Of a stretch of DNA of 64,000 bases, positions 43,790 to 58,350 are shown piece after piece. Source of the stretch: the human T2T-CHM13v2.0 reference genome, Homo sapiens; the NCBI RefSeq assembly GCF_009914755.1, contig NC_060928.1; one strand, 5' to 3'. The notes beneath the pieces were generated by a model. The model was not told the DNA's origin and did not search any database. It worked only from the letters and a program-made list of their open reading frames with translations. Position 1 is the stretch's first letter. Every line of letters starts with the position of its first letter. Made by a program: the position numbers and the translations under genes.

Positions 43790-43867
43790 TCCCTCCCAAG
43801 TCACCTGGGAATTTGGGAGCTACAATTCAAGATGAGATTTGAATGGGGACACAGCCAAACCATATCA
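43790..43867 (-). mobile_element. THE1/MST LTR 5'-end fragment
   Basis: gggagctacaattcaagatgagatttgaatggggacacagccaaaccatatca. Confidence 0.85.
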
Positions 43868-44509
43868 GGGAGCTTGAGTGATTCATCTGCAGAGTCAGGA
43901 TTATGGTGCACAAATCAGGGCACAGAATGGAGACTGGAGCTGCAGGGTGAAGCCAAACAGAATCACCAGTGTGCATAGTCAGTGTCAGTACTCTCTAGTT
44001 TTAACCACAGAAGTTAAATCAATATAAAGTAGAAATGAAATGGCATGGCTTATTATTCAATGAATGTTTGAAATGTTACAATGCCATATAAATGATTACC
44101 TTTTTGATAATATGTGTAAAAGAGGACCATAGTTGTTATTGAGCTTATATTATGTAACAGGGCGGGTTAAAAAATATGAGTTGAAATATTGGAGCTGTGT
44201 ACCCTTCCAAAAAATTGTTTTGAAGTTGGAGCACAAGATGGAAATATTTCTCCTTAAAACACAATTCAGGAGTCAAGGAACCAGCACTGGGTCATCAGAT
44301 CTCAGGTTGGAATAATATTTGTTGTTTGTGGCTGAGTGTACTGGAGAGGGGTGATAAAACTGCTCAAGTACTCCTAGTCTCAAAGCAAAGTAGATTTGAG
44401 TATTTAAATGGGGCTATAACCATCAGATGGAAAAATCAGAGAAATATTACTGTCTAAGGACTCATAGGCCATAGTCATGGTAATACCATTAATAATAATA
44501 TACAATTAA

Positions 44510-44740
44510 TAATAATAACTACCATTTATGGGGGACTACATACATGCCCAACATGATGGTATACCTTTAGGTAATTTTATAACACATGTGCTGCCAATGA
44601 CAACTGATAGATGTAGAGAGGTAGAAAACTGAGTTTAGCCGACCAACATGTTATTCTTGTTGTATCTAGGATAGGGATTTTCATGACAAAAACCTACCAA
44701 GTTATATTCCAGGTGTGTAGGGTGATACAGTGTAACTTTC
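44510..44740 (-). mobile_element. MIR fragment
   Basis: aataataactaccatttatgggggactac...gaaaactgag. Confidence 0.5.
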
Positions 44741-44912
44741 CATTCCATGATGACATTCTAGGATATCAAAGTGGGCACATAGCCCAAGCACCTTCATCAA
44801 AGTAACACAGTCTTTGTGTTGCGTTTCTAGCCACCTCTTCTCCCAGGAGAAGCCTCCCCAAATTTCCATTTTAATGAGCTGAAATTAGTTTTTCCTTTAA
44901 TATGTGAAGACA

Positions 44913-45360
44913 CACAATAACAAAGACTTGCAACCAACCCAAATGTCCATCAGTGATAGACTGGATTAAGAAAATGTGGCACATATACACCATGGAATAC
45001 TTTGTAGCCATAAAAAAGGATGAGTTCATGTCCTTTGTAGGGACATGGATGAAGCTGGAAACCATCATTGTGAGCAAACTATCGCAAGAACAGAAAACCT
45101 AACACTGCTTGTTCTTACTCATAGGTGGGAATTGAACAATGAGAACACTTGGACACAGGATGGGAAACATCACACACTGGGGCCTCTCATGGAGTTGGGG
45201 GAGGGGAGAGGGATAGCATTAATAGAAATACCTAATGTAGATGATGAGTTAATGGGTGCAGCACACCAACATGGCACATGTATACATATGTAACAAACCT
45301 GCACGTTGTGCACATCTACCCTAGAACTTAAAGTATAATAAAGAAAAAAAAGAAAAAAAA
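44913..45360 (+). mobile_element. 5'-truncated L1PA 3' end with poly-A
   Basis: caacccaaatgtccatcagtgatagactggattaagaaaatgtggcacatatacacc...gaacttaaagtataataaa; TSD-like gaagacaca at 44906 and 45370. Confidence 0.96.
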
Positions 45361-45784
45361 CTGAAATATGAAGACACAGAGTATACAGTGAAGGCATAGA
45401 CACAACTGAGCACCAGTTTGCATATGTTCCAAGTGTGAGGGGCTGCCTGCAGCCCATGAACTTTTCAGTCACTTACTTTCCTCCCCAGTCATTACCATGG
45501 TCATTTGAACCGCATTTGCAACATTTTAATTTTAAAAATGTTGACACCATGTGGGAATTCCACATGATTTTCTAAACATTTTTAGTGCCTGATAAAATTT
45601 TTGTTTGGATTTGGCTCCTGAGAATACAGCTAAGAATTTTATACTTTTCTTCAGGGGTCCAATTGCTTCCTATTCCTCTTATAAGAGTTTTCAGAGTATT
45701 TTATTAGAATTCTTTTAGTAAACTACTGCAATAGGAAGTAGTTACATATTTTTATCACTTTTTAGCAAAGGCTAGGTTAAGTAG

Positions 45785-46205
45785 TGTATTAGTCTGTTTT
45801 CACTCTGCTGATAAAGACATACCCGAGACTAGGTAATTTATACAGGAAAAAGGGTTTAATGGACTTACAGTTCCCCGTGGCTGGGAAGGCCTCACAATCA
45901 TGGCGGAAGGCAAGGAGGAGCAAGTGACATCTTACATGGATGGCAGCAGGCAAAGAGAAAGCTTGTGTGGGGAAACTCCACCTTATGAAGCCATCAGATG
46001 TCATGAGATGTATTCACTATCACAAGAACAGCACAGGAAGGACCTGCCCCCGTGATTCAATTACCTCCCACTGGGTGCCTCCCAGTGGGATACCCAGCAC
46101 AGTCAGTCCTTACCACATAAAGACCTGCCCCCATGATTCAATTACCTCCCACAACATGTGGGAATTTAAGAGGAGATTTGATGGGGACACAGCCAAACCA
46201 TATCA
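45785..46205 (-). mobile_element. MaLR THE1 solo LTR with internal rearrangement
   Basis: tgtattagtctgttttcactctgctgataaagacatacccgagac...cagccaaaccatatca; TSD agtag / aatag. Confidence 0.93.
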
Positions 46206-47465
46206 AATAGCAAAGAGCTTAAGTAATTGACACTGGATGAACTAGGTAGATAATTATAGAGTCAGGACTGAAACTTAGATAACTTGACATTTAATTCAAT
46301 TGTCTCTCTAGACTAGCTTAGTACTAAAAGGCAATACTGACACTCCACATAAACTAAGCCAAAATTGGGCCACTAAATAGTTTCAGGCTCACATATACAT
46401 ACTGAGTAAGAAGCACAGAGGTTGATCTCAACATGTAGCAGATGGCTTCTATATTCTTAAGGGATAAAACTTTGAGATTTTTCTTTTGCTCCTTGTGTGT
46501 TAAGAAGAACCAAAACACTTTAGAGGTCCCAGTCAATTTGTGTTTTAAAAGAAAAAAAAAATGATGCCACTAAATACGCCAGATTTTTCAGTGGAAAAAA
46601 CCCTAAGTTCACAGCAATTGCTTGAAAGCTGCTTTAAAAATTAGTTGTAAATCCAAGGAAAAGGAAGGAAACCTGAAAAATGTCACTCATTTGAAAAGGG
46701 ATGTTCATTTTTGATAAATTATTAGGTAATTTTTCAAGGATATCACTCACAAGTAAAGATTTTTTTGGTATATTTAAATGATTCATTTTCAGTCTCTCAT
46801 ACATTTTTAAATTGTTCTCATTCAAGTTGTCACATCCTGACAGGGTTTCTTATAAGGATTTCTCTTCCCTTGTGTTAGAATTACAGAGGATGAAAGTATT
46901 TTAAAATCTCTGTTGCTGAACAGGGACATGTGCTAGGCAGCCTACAATTGTCAGTTTTATTCCATAGGTACGTTAGTGGTCAGAATGACTTCTTTTTTGA
47001 TGGCACAATTATTTTCATAATATTAGATTGAATTAAGCTGGTGAGACAATCTGACCCTAAAAGATTCAGAAAATGACGCTTTGATGTTAGCTTTGAAGCA
47101 GGGTATTCCCAGCATCACATTTAGTCAGAAATATGGAAGGTATATGTTAACATGATTTACATATCCTACTCTGGTGGAGTCTAAAGGTAAATAACAGAAA
47201 TAAGCAAGGAGCCATGCAGCAAGGCAAATTCACCTTTGTTTGTTGACACAAACAGTGAAGCTTATTTTGGGAATAATGACTGCATATGTTCAGGAAAATT
47301 GGGCTCATGAGTCTACTGTCAGAACATTTTTCAGAAAAGAGAAAAATGAATGTACTGCTGGGAGACAGCAGGGAGGGGTTCTTTTATTATATACACAATC
47401 TCTTCTTATGAGAACAAATACCAACAATCTATTATTGTTCCCTTAATTAATAAATCATTACTGTG

Positions 47466-47775
47466 GGCTGGGCAGAGTGGTTCATGCCAGGAATCCCACC
47501 ACTTTGGGAGGCCCAGGCAGGAGGATCGCTTGAGTCCAGGAGGAGTTTGAGATCAGCCTGGGAAACAGAGAGAGATCCCATCTCAACAAAAATAAATAAA
47601 AATTAGGTAGGCATGGTGGCGTGTGCCTGTAGTCCTAGCTGCTTGGAAAGCTGAGGCAGGAGGATTGCTTGAGCCAAGGAATTTGAGCTTATGGTGAGGT
47701 ATGATCTCACTGCTGTATTCCAGCCTGCATGATAAAGTGAGACACTCTCAAAAAAAAAAAAAAAAAAAAAAGAAA
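47466..47775 (+). mobile_element. AluJ
   Basis: ggaggatcgcttgagtccagg and ggaggattgcttgagccaagg J-type arms; poly-A tail. Confidence 0.95.
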
Positions 47776-48039
47776 GACATTGTAATGATTAAATATTTAG
47801 AAAAAAATCACATACACTGTACATTCTGTATGGATTACAATTATTTCTAGTATTGAAAAGATAATAACCAACTCTTTAACATGATAATATAACTGAACCT
47901 GATTTAATTTGTTTTTTTCTTTGGATAAGGGAGTGGAGGATTACAATTTCTCAGTGGTCTACTTGGTCACATATATTTGTTAAAAGCCATTGTATGACTG
48001 AAACAATCTTAGTGCCGGGGTGTACACAGTAATTGAACA

Positions 48040-48530
48040 CACTCCCTGCTTTCCAGATACTCAGAATTTAATTTCAAGAAAGGCACAGCAACAAGAATTT
48101 CAGGAGCAAAAGGGTATGGTACTAATAACGCTTGGGCTGTTTGGAGGAATCTTCAGAGGAAATGGTTAAAGAGACTCTTAGCAAATGAATTTCTATGTGA
48201 TTTTCATGTGGACTCTAGGGCAAAGGACATTCCCAGAAGGGATGGCAACAAGCACAAGTTTGAAGTGTATGAAATGGCATTACTCTTTCTAGGTAGCACA
48301 AGGGATTAGATGTGGCTGAAGCATAGATTGTTTTGAAGACATTAACAAGATCTAAGTTTCTAATCTAAAGACAGGCCATGTTGTGATCATGAAATGGCCT
48401 GTAGACTCTCCTATGGTCTTGGATTTCTATCCTGAAGACCCCAAGTCATTGAAAGAAAGGGAAAGCAGTGTGATTTAAAAAAAAAAGAAAAAAATCTAAT
48501 TGAGTTTCAGAAACACCATTCTGGTTTTTA
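48040..48530 (-). mobile_element. L2 fragment
   Basis: aaggacattcccagaagggatggcaacaagcacaag...gtggctgaagcatag. Confidence 0.55.
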
Positions 48531-48744
48531 CCACATTGTATATCATCGTATGTCTTTGTAGTATGGTACCTGACACATTGTCAAATTAATCTAAGGATCA
48601 TTCTAATTGCCTTTAAGTATAGTAATTTGTTCATAGTTCATTACTAATCCCCTCCATCTATAATCTGAATACCTTTCCCATCAATCTTGCCTTCTCCAAA
48701 ACTTTCTTTTCTCCTTTATTCTCTTTCTCTTTTTAAAATTTTTA

Positions 48745-48897
48745 AATTTGCTTTCTGTTTTAAATTTATGTGGGAACGTAGTAGGTGTATATTTTTATGG
48801 GGAACATGAGATGTTTTGATACAGGCATGAAATGTGAAATAAGGACATGTTGGAGAATGGGGTATCCATCCCCTCAAGGATTTATTCTTTGAGTTAC
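48745..48897 (-). mobile_element. L1MA-like 3' terminal fragment
   Basis: gtaggtgtatatttttatggggaacatgagatgttttgatacaggcatg...ggggtatccatcccctcaag. Confidence 0.85.
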
Positions 48898-49094
48898 TAC
48901 CCTTTCTTTCTCTTAATCTAAGTGTTTCCCTTCTGTACTACCTTCTTTATTTAATATTCTTCTAACCCTTGGGAAGAGAAGGAGAAATAATAACCACAAA
49001 AACAAAATCAAAAATCCCTGGACATATTAATTTATGTGTGACCATTCTTCATTTATGTATTATAATCCTTTTAAACCAAGGGAGTATCTGTATC

Positions 49095-49850
49095 TTGTTC
49101 ATTCATTAAATATTTATTAAAAACCTTGTAGTGCTACTTCTCTTCTGGATGTTTAGGACATATTAATAAACAAAATGATCCATGATACCTGCCCTCATAG
49201 AGTTTAATTTATGGCCAGAAGAGATAGACAAAAACAGTAACATAATAAATATTTTTTATAATAAATATATATTTTTTGAGATGGAGTCTCGCTCTGTCCC
49301 CCGGGCTGGAGTGCAGCGGCGAGATCTCAGTCCACTGCGAGCTCCGCCTTCCAGGTTCATGCCATTCTCCTGCCTCAGCCTCCTGAGTAGCTGGGACTAC
49401 AGGTGCCCGCCACTAGACCCGGCTAATTTTTTGTATTTTTTGGTAGAGATGGGGTTTCATTCTATTAGCCAGGATGGTCTTGATCTCCTGACCTCGTGAT
49501 CGGCCTGCCTCGGCCTCCCAGAGTGCTGGGATTACAGGCGTGAGCCACCGTGCCCGGCCAATAAATTTTGTAATATATTAGAACACGTTAAGTTCTATGG
49601 GAAGAAAAAAGAAAGACGGAATGAGGAGGGTAGGGATGGTTGGTTTCAATTTCAAATAGATAGCTAGATAAGCCTTACTAAGAAGGTAAGATGAACAAAT
49701 ACAGAGAGATACAGATGCCTGGGGATGGACTAAAAAGACAGCCAGTGTAGGGCCTTCAAAACAAGTTGCCACTAGTACCCCAAATGCTGAGGACCTTGCA
49801 CTTTGTAGGAGTATTTGAAAGTATATTGAAATAAAGAGCAAGGGGTCACT
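49095..49850 (-). mobile_element. L2 3' region, interrupted by AluY
   Basis: gttcattcattaaatatttatt...cctgccctcatagagttta. Confidence 0.65.
49268..49559 (-). mobile_element. AluY
   Basis: gagctccgcc, ttcatgccattctc, ttagccaggatgg diagnostics; aataaat on both flanks. Confidence 0.96.
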
Positions 49851-51589
49851 GGCCTTCTGCTCAGACGCATAGACTTTAGCGAAGGAGAGCTGAAGGAATT
49901 GTGTTCCCCTTCAGTACCCATGGAGAATGTGTCCTCTGTTGTGTAAGAAAGAATTGGATGAGATATTATACTGAGTCAATGTTTGTACCATAACACCTTA
50001 TTTTTCCTTGGACAGACAGTAAAGCAACCACTAAGGGTGCTTAGGCAGCCCCACTTACTGTTTTGTTTACTGTAACTTTTAGTGTTCACCAAACACATCT
50101 TCAAGGGCATTTTAAATAGACTTGTTTTCAAATAGAGTGAAAGAAAATTTCCGCAAGACATTTGTCATTCCTTATTTCCACACGAACCAGGAGCAGCAGG
50201 AGTGAGTGGAGAAATCCATCTGCGAGTTAATCTAGTGGAACACCACTGAGTCTGATCATTTGACAGAAGTAATTGTATCTAGGGGAAGTATTCAGGTCTC
50301 TGCTTTGCGGTAAACATCCTGCCCTCCTAAAGCTGTGAGGTTGAAAAAGATCAACAAAACAGCCATTTAACGCATTATTGACAGATACAAGTTTTAGAGA
50401 ATTAATCACTATTAACTAACTGTATTACATACTCACACTTAATACTAGAAATAATTATAGCTTCTTTAGGTATGAAGTAGATTTGTGTCTTTACTTCTAA
50501 TTCTCTAATCATTCATGAATTTGCTGAATTTAGATTCTGTTTCAGTTAATGTTTGTCAAATAGGATGTTATAATTTTCGCATGAAATTGCATTTTTGTCT
50601 ACATGGTTAACTTCCTAGAGTTTGTTCTTTTCTGGTAGTCAAAATCTATGATGAATTTATTAATAATGATATTAGGGTAAAAAAGTCATTGAACATATTT
50701 TGTGTTCAGTTCAGTGAGTTGAATTCAGTTGCTAGATTTCTTTGTATAACTGGGCAGATTAGGACATAATTTTTAGAAAGTGTACCATTTATTATTACTA
50801 GTTAATTAATCACATTTCTAGGAAATTAGTGATTTCCTTTAAGTTTATATTCCACTGTGGGATAAAATAAAATTAACATCTGTTTAGCATTGTATGCCAA
50901 GTATGGTTGATGATGCAGATTTCATGGATGATTTTACTAATAGACACATTAAAATAATAAAAATAAAAGTAAATTTTCTAATAATTCCAGACAATATATT
51001 GATAAATACTAAAATGGAAAAATGAATTATAGTGTTGTTTATTTGAGTGTTGATATCTGGGATAATCAAAACCCATCATATATGCTAACAGGGTTTTACC
51101 ACATCATTTTTCCCATACAGAATCTCACATAGCTTTACATTTGAGAAGAGGTGGAATTTGACTCACGCTATTTCTAAATCTGACTTTTATATCATAATAA
51201 AGTATTACCTAGGATAGAACTTTTAGCATAAATCTAATTAATCTATGATTTAGAATCTAGATTTGAATATGCTACTTTAAAATAAAAATATTGATTTATT
51301 TATTCCTTTTTTAACCTCTTAAAATAGATATCTTATAGTTATTTGATTTGATTCTGCCATTCATCGACTATCGCACTTTTTTTTTTTTTTTTTTTTTTTT
51401 TTGCACAAATACATGTTCTAATGTCGGTCCATGTGCTGGAGATACAGGCATAAGCAACAGCAGGGTTGACTAGCTGTGGATAGTGGTACATGATTAGAAG
51501 CCTAAATGTGTAAGTCAGGAAACTAATAAATCCTGCCTGCCTTGCCTGCCTTTTCTTCCTTCATTTTCTTTCTTTTCTTTCTTTTTTTC

Positions 51590-52110
51590 TTTCATTCTTT
51601 CTTTTTTCCATTATTTTTGATGCATTATACTTGTACATATTTTGAGATACATCTGAAATTTTGTTACATGCATAGAATGTACAATAATCAATTCAGGGTG
51701 TTTAGGGTATCCATCACCCTGAAGAGAGGGTGTTCCTCTCTTCTAGCTATTTTAAAAGTACAGTACACTGTTGTTAGCTACTAACACTTATACTCTTCTA
51801 TCAAAGGTTAGGATTTATTCCATCTATCTAATTGTATGTTTGTACCCATTAACCAGCCTCTCTCTTCATCCCCCAATCCACTCATACACCCTTCCCAGTC
51901 TCTGATATCTATCATTCCACTCTCCATTACTTCGTGGGGTCAACATTTTTAGCTCCCACATATAAATGAGAACATGTAGTATTTTCTTTATCCCTGGCTT
52001 ATTTCACTTGACGTAATGATCTCCATTTTTATTTTATTTTATCCATGTTGCTGCAAATGACATGATTTCATTTTTTATGGCCAAATAGTATTCCATTGTG
52101 TATGTATACG
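51590..52110 (-). mobile_element. L1MA-like 3' end
   Basis: tttgttacatgcatagaatgtacaataatcaattcaggg...ttttagctcccacatataaatgagaacatg. Confidence 0.88.
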
Positions 52111-52165
52111 CAATTTATCCTTTCATAACCCTGTATTGCTGATAATCACTTAGATCTTCATAAAA

Positions 52166-52452
52166 CTTTTTTTTTTCTTGAGATTAAGTCTCACTCTGTC
52201 ACCCAGGCTGGAGGGCACCGACAGCATCACGGCTCACAGCAGCCTCAACCTCCTGGGCTTAAGCAGTCTTTCCATTTCAGCCTCCTGAGTAGCTAGGGCT
52301 ACAGGCATGTGCCACTGTGCTAAGCTAATTTTTATATTTATTTTTTTGTAGAGACAAGATCTCACTATGTTGCTCAGGCTGGTCTGAAACTCCTAGGCTC
52401 AAGCTACCCTCCCTCTCCAGCCTCCCAAAGTGTTGGGATTATAGGCATGAGT
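52166..52452 (-). mobile_element. AluJ
   Basis: cagcctcaacctcctgggcttaagc, ctcactatgttgctcaggctgg. Confidence 0.93.
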
Positions 52453-52503
52453 CCTTAAAACTAAAAAAAAAAAAAAAAAAAAATTGACATTCATTCAGTA
52501 ATC

Positions 52504-52808
<305 letters not shown>

Positions 52809-54153
52809 ACAAAGTATCCTTTTAAATATAGTTGAAACCACAAAGGGAAATGTGGTGTTTTTGCTACCGTGGCTTACAATCCAGGAGAGTAGACAGACAC
52901 CTGATGAGACAGATACCCCTCTGATAAAGTTGACAATGATGTAAGTGCTATAAAGAGAAAATGAGTTTCTCTGGGATTGGGGAAGTGAGAATTCATTTTG
53001 ATTAGAGCAATTTGGGAAGAATTCTTGGAGAAATTTTTTTAGGTATTATACACGATTTCATGGTCTTCTCCAAGATTTTGATATTTCTCTCGGTCTCTCT
53101 CTTTCATTCTCTCTGTCTTTCTGCCCGCATTGAAACACTGCTAGCAAAAATTTTGATGTTGCCAGGGCATATAAGGCTTTAAATGAAAGGAATAGCCATC
53201 TGTTGTGACTGACTGAGGCAGGGAGAGTGGATATGTAGTCAATATTTTCTCTTTCCTTTCCTTTTACTTCCAAAGTCTTCACACATGATTTGTATCCTTT
53301 TTCTGTCTCCCTCATTGATATCCTGGAATCTTTTGCTCTGTCCATTCTAGTGAACTGCTTTGTGAATGGTCACTGTTGAACTTGACTTAGTCAAATATAA
53401 GAACTTCTAATCATACTAATCCCCTTTAACCTCTGTGGGTTAAGAGATACTACTGATAACCCTAGCTTCTGAAAATCATTTTCTCATGAGAGTTTCTTTC
53501 TGTTATTTTTTCTGCACTTTTCTTTTGTTTAAATATGAAAGATATTTTTCTCCTCTAATGCATTTTTGGAAGAGAACATGCTTAATTTTAAATTCTGTAG
53601 TGCTTACCTTGCTACGTGTATGTATGTAATAGAAGCTCTATAAAGATACTGAGATTAATTTTGGGAGTGATTATATTGGTCATACCCACCATTAATTATT
53701 GATAGTAAAATACATAAGTTATGTGGATAGAATTAAACTAATATTTTTGTGAAATAATACAAATATCTATGTTTTAAATCAAATTAAATTTGATTTTAAG
53801 TTTGCATCCTATGAGGCAGGTAAGAAATTAAATCTCAATCATTATGGCACACCTCCCCAAAAATAAAATCCTGTGAGAATAGAGGATATTGGGTAGTACT
53901 CAGAAAATAATGGCAGGTCTTCTCTCTTTAGTCTGTCTTGGTCTGTGCTGATATATTTTTATCCACATCTCCTTGAAAACCTGTAGCTCTTTGGCTTTGT
54001 GCCTCAATTAGAGCACAGGAACTTTTGCCAAGGTTGGGAGCTTGAATGTCCAGGTCCAGCATCCTATTGCACACTTTTCCCTGCAGAAACCCTGCTATTC
54101 ACTAATGGTACTTTAAAAATCTGGCTCTTTCCTGGTCTGGAATACTTATTTCT

Positions 54154-54493
<340 letters not shown>

Positions 54494-54620
54494 TGAAATA
54501 CTTATTTCTATGTGACTCTTCTTGATCCCCTTTCTCCTATCTTCATGGAGCCAGTTTCCTGAAAAGAAGTACCTTGAAGCAAGATATCTGTAGACTAATT
54601 CTGCATTTGCCCTTGTAATC

Positions 54621-55108
54621 CAAAGTTTCTCAACCTAGGCACTATTTATTTTTGTTGTTGTTGTTGTTTTGGAGACAGAGTCTTTCTCTGCCACCCAGGC
54701 TAGAGTGCAGCGGTATGACCATGGCTACTGCAGCCTCGAACTTGCTGATTCAAGCAATTCTCCCATCTCGGCCTCCCAAGTAGCTGGAACGACAAGCACG
54801 CACCACTATGCCCTGCTAAATTTTAAAATATTTTTGTAGAGATGGGAGCCTCCCTCTCTTGTCCAGTCTGGTCTCCAATTCCTGGGCTCAAGCTATCCGC
54901 CTGCCTCGTGCTCCCAAAGTGTTGAGATTACAGGCATGAGCCATCACTCCGGGCCACTCTTGATATTTTGGACCAGATAATTCTTGTATATGAGAAGCTG
55001 TCCTGTATAGATACCAGTAGCATCCCTCAATTGTAACAATAAAAAATGTCTCCAGAAATTGCCAAATATCCTCTGAGGGGCAAAATAACACCTGGTTATG
55101 AACCACTG
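54621..55108. mobile_element. MER20 hAT-Charlie element split by an AluJ
   Basis: tttctcaacctaggcactatt...ttttggaccagataattcttg...aatgtctccagaaattgccaaatatcctctgagggg...gaaccactg. Confidence 0.85.
54647..54954 (-). mobile_element. AluJ inside MER20
   Basis: J-type motifs; (TTG)n tail; cactatt / cactctt flanks. Confidence 0.93.
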
Positions 55109-55180
55109 TTAAAATCTGAAGTTATTGAGGTATGAAAGACTGTTAATAAATTACGCTGTAACAGATATAGTGTTGGATGA

Positions 55181-55736
55181 TGTATTAGGGTTCTCTAGAG
55201 GGGCAGTACTAATAGCATATATGGATATATGAAAGGGAGTTTATTAAGGAGAAGTGACTCACACAGTCACAAGGTAAAGTCCCATGATAGGCTGTCTGCA
55301 AGTCGAGAAGCAAGGAAGCCAGTGGTGGATCAGTCCAAGTCCCAAAACCTCAAAAGTCAGGAAGCTGACAATGCAGCCTTCAGTCTGTGGCCAAAGGCCT
55401 GAGAGCCCCTGACTATCCACTGGTGTAGGTACAAGAGTCTTAAAGCTGAAGAACTTGGAGTCTGATATTCGAGGGCAGGAAGCATCCAGAACGGGAGAAA
55501 GATGAAGACCGGAAGGATCAGCAAGTCTGGTCCTTCCAGGTTCTTCTGCTGCTTTTATCCTAGCCAAGCTGGCCCCTGATTAGATGGTACCCACCCGAAT
55601 TGAGGATGGGTCTGTCTCTCCCAGTCCACTGACTCAAATGTTAATCTCCTTTGGCAACACCCTCACAGACACACCCAGTAACAATACTTTGCATCCTTCA
55701 TTATGATGAAGTTGACACTCCGTATTAACCATCACA
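55181..55736 (-). mobile_element. ERVL MLT2A-like solo LTR, complete
   Basis: tgtattagggttctctagagg...gttgacactccgtattaaccatcaca; perfect 5-bp TSD gatga at 55176 and 55737. Confidence 0.93.
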
Positions 55737-55839
55737 GATGATACCAATTATCCTTTGGAAAATATCAGAAAATGAGTCAGATTAGTAGCCAGATGGAAGA
55801 TGGTAAAGAAAAGGAAGCGGATTGGCACTTATGTGTCAG

Positions 55840-55985
55840 CAAGATGTTATTGCCATTTTATAGAGCACTGAGGGATTGTTTGCCATGGATGCTTCTCTGT
55901 TAGGTAAAGGAGGCAGGGCTCAAGCCCACATCTATTCAACCTTAGAATCCCAGGACTTTTCATGATACCATATACTGTTCCAGCT
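55840..55985 (-). mobile_element. MIR fragment
   Basis: ccattttatagagcactgag...ggcagggctcaagcccacatct. Confidence 0.55.
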
Positions 55986-56809
55986 ATGTAACTCACTTTG
56001 CCAAATATTTAAGTACATAATTAAGAAGACTGAATTCTTTTTTTTATTTGTATAAATTTAGGGGTACAGTGCAGTTTGATTTCATGAGTCTATTGCATGG
56101 TGGTGAGGGAGAAGACTACATTATTTACCTTACTTATTCCTGTGGCATTTTTTAGTAGGCACTGGGTTACAGGCATCAGTGTATTTCACCAAAGATAAGT
56201 CAGAATATAAAACACCATCAGTTCATTCTGATATGAGTGGCAAATATGTCAGGAATCCTTAAGAGTTTTGCCTTTTATAAATTATATGCATGGAAACATC
56301 CATCAGGCTTAGCTAAAAGCCCATGCTATTTACTATTTTGCTAAACTCTCATTCTTTTAAGCCAAGTTAGGCAACTGAGAAGGCGAGAGAGCAGTGATGA
56401 AGCAGATATGATACCCTTTCAAAACTACACATTGTGTAATACGGCAGATGCAACAGAAGCAAAGGGTGAAATGAAGAGAAGTAAAGCTCATAGATACCCA
56501 GGGACTTGGCTCTAGCATCTTTTTATGCTGTGTATAATGAGCTTTGACTTTATTCTCTAACACACTAGAAAGCCATGGAAGGATTTTAAGCAATATCATT
56601 GTTTCATGAACAAATCTTTGTTTTAGGAAAACAAAACAAAACACTAGTACTGTTACAATTTAAACATTGAATAAAAGTCTGGATGCTGTTGGTATAATCT
56701 AATTTTAAAAAGGGTGTGTACCAACACCGTACCAGTGGTGACCATTTATGTATTTACGTATTTATTTATTTTTGTATTTGACTAAAGTTTTTAATTTTAA
56801 TTCATAAGT

Positions 56810-57290
<481 letters not shown>

Positions 57291-57349
57291 AGCCACTGTG
57301 CTAGACAAGGGGAGAATAAGGTAGTGGCATGTAGTATTGCAACTGTAAT

Positions 57350-57773
57350 CCCAGGTGACTGGAATATAAGTGCTCTGTCATTAAGAGTTCGTTTGTCAAC
57401 GTCTTGAGTCTTAAATATCCTGTGTTGGTTTCATTCTGATTTCACACAGTGGCCTTCTGCAGCTCTGGGAGTTCATCCTCCCAGATTCAAGTTTTACAGA
57501 AAGAAATTACTTGGCACTTTCACAGAAATCCCAGTGAGAAGCCTCATTGCATTTGTTCCAGTTAAGTCATATGGCTGCTTCTGAATCTAAACAAATCACT
57601 GTGGTGAGAAGACTATGATGTTCTAATTAGCCTGACTCCACTTTGCCTTTTCCTAGAATCAGTAGTAGAGTCAACTCCATCTGAGGTGCTTGGACTGGTA
57701 ATATGGAAATTGTGCCATTCCCAAAGAGAAAGTGAAGATGTTGAACTACAAAGGTGATTGGATATCTATTACA
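57350..57773 (-). mobile_element. MaLR MLT1 (J/K-like) LTR fragment
   Basis: aatcactgtggtgagaagactatgatgttctaattagcc...ttcccaaagagaaa. Confidence 0.55.
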
Positions 57774-57799
57774 TATAGGAATTCGGTGTGGACAAGAGG

Positions 57800-58350
57800 T
57801 TTCCATACTTTCTTGGTTTCTTAGGAAATGTTCATGATACCCTCAAGTCCAAAAGAAATGCCTGAGAGTTGATTTATTCGGCAGTTAGTTCCAAATGATG
57901 TAAGATTTACGTCCTTACTATTAAGTAGCTGTTTGATAAAATAATACATAAGGACTTGAAGAAAATTAATATTTTTGTTTCCATCTTATATAAACACAAT
58001 CACTTCCTAACAAGGATGTGCACAGCTATTGGGCTGTACAGAACGTCTTGCCCTTAGATTGAGATTGGATACTGTCACCCTCACTTCCTGTTCTGCATGG
58101 ATTTTCATGCAGTAGTTCCCTTTTTTATTCTAATGGTAACCACTAAAGCCCAGATTTATAAAGATATGATGCTATTGAAAGAAATGTACTGTGAGCTCCA
58201 CGTTTCCTGAAACTGCAAAGTACTTGAAGCTAGTTTTTGATGTGAACTTCAATAAATGTTCAGTATCATTGTGTTTCCCTGAAAATGTTAAAGTATCACG
58301 AAAGCCCCATGAATTCCCCAAATTGCTTTTGTGCACAGATTGAGAACCAT
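57800..58350. mobile_element. hAT-Charlie element (MER119-like)
   Basis: ttggatactgtcaccctcacttcctgttc...aaagatatgatgctattgaaag...tgtgtttccctgaaaat...gcacagattgagaacca. Confidence 0.65.

Noticed and set aside
44871-45472. ORFs resembling the L1 ORF2 C-terminus
   Set aside because: 5'-truncated, degenerate L1PA 3' end; not a functional CDS.
53608-53637. 30-nt - strand exon candidate (SFYYIHTRSK)
   Set aside because: Good donor but weak acceptor with a competing AG close upstream; no other - strand exons.
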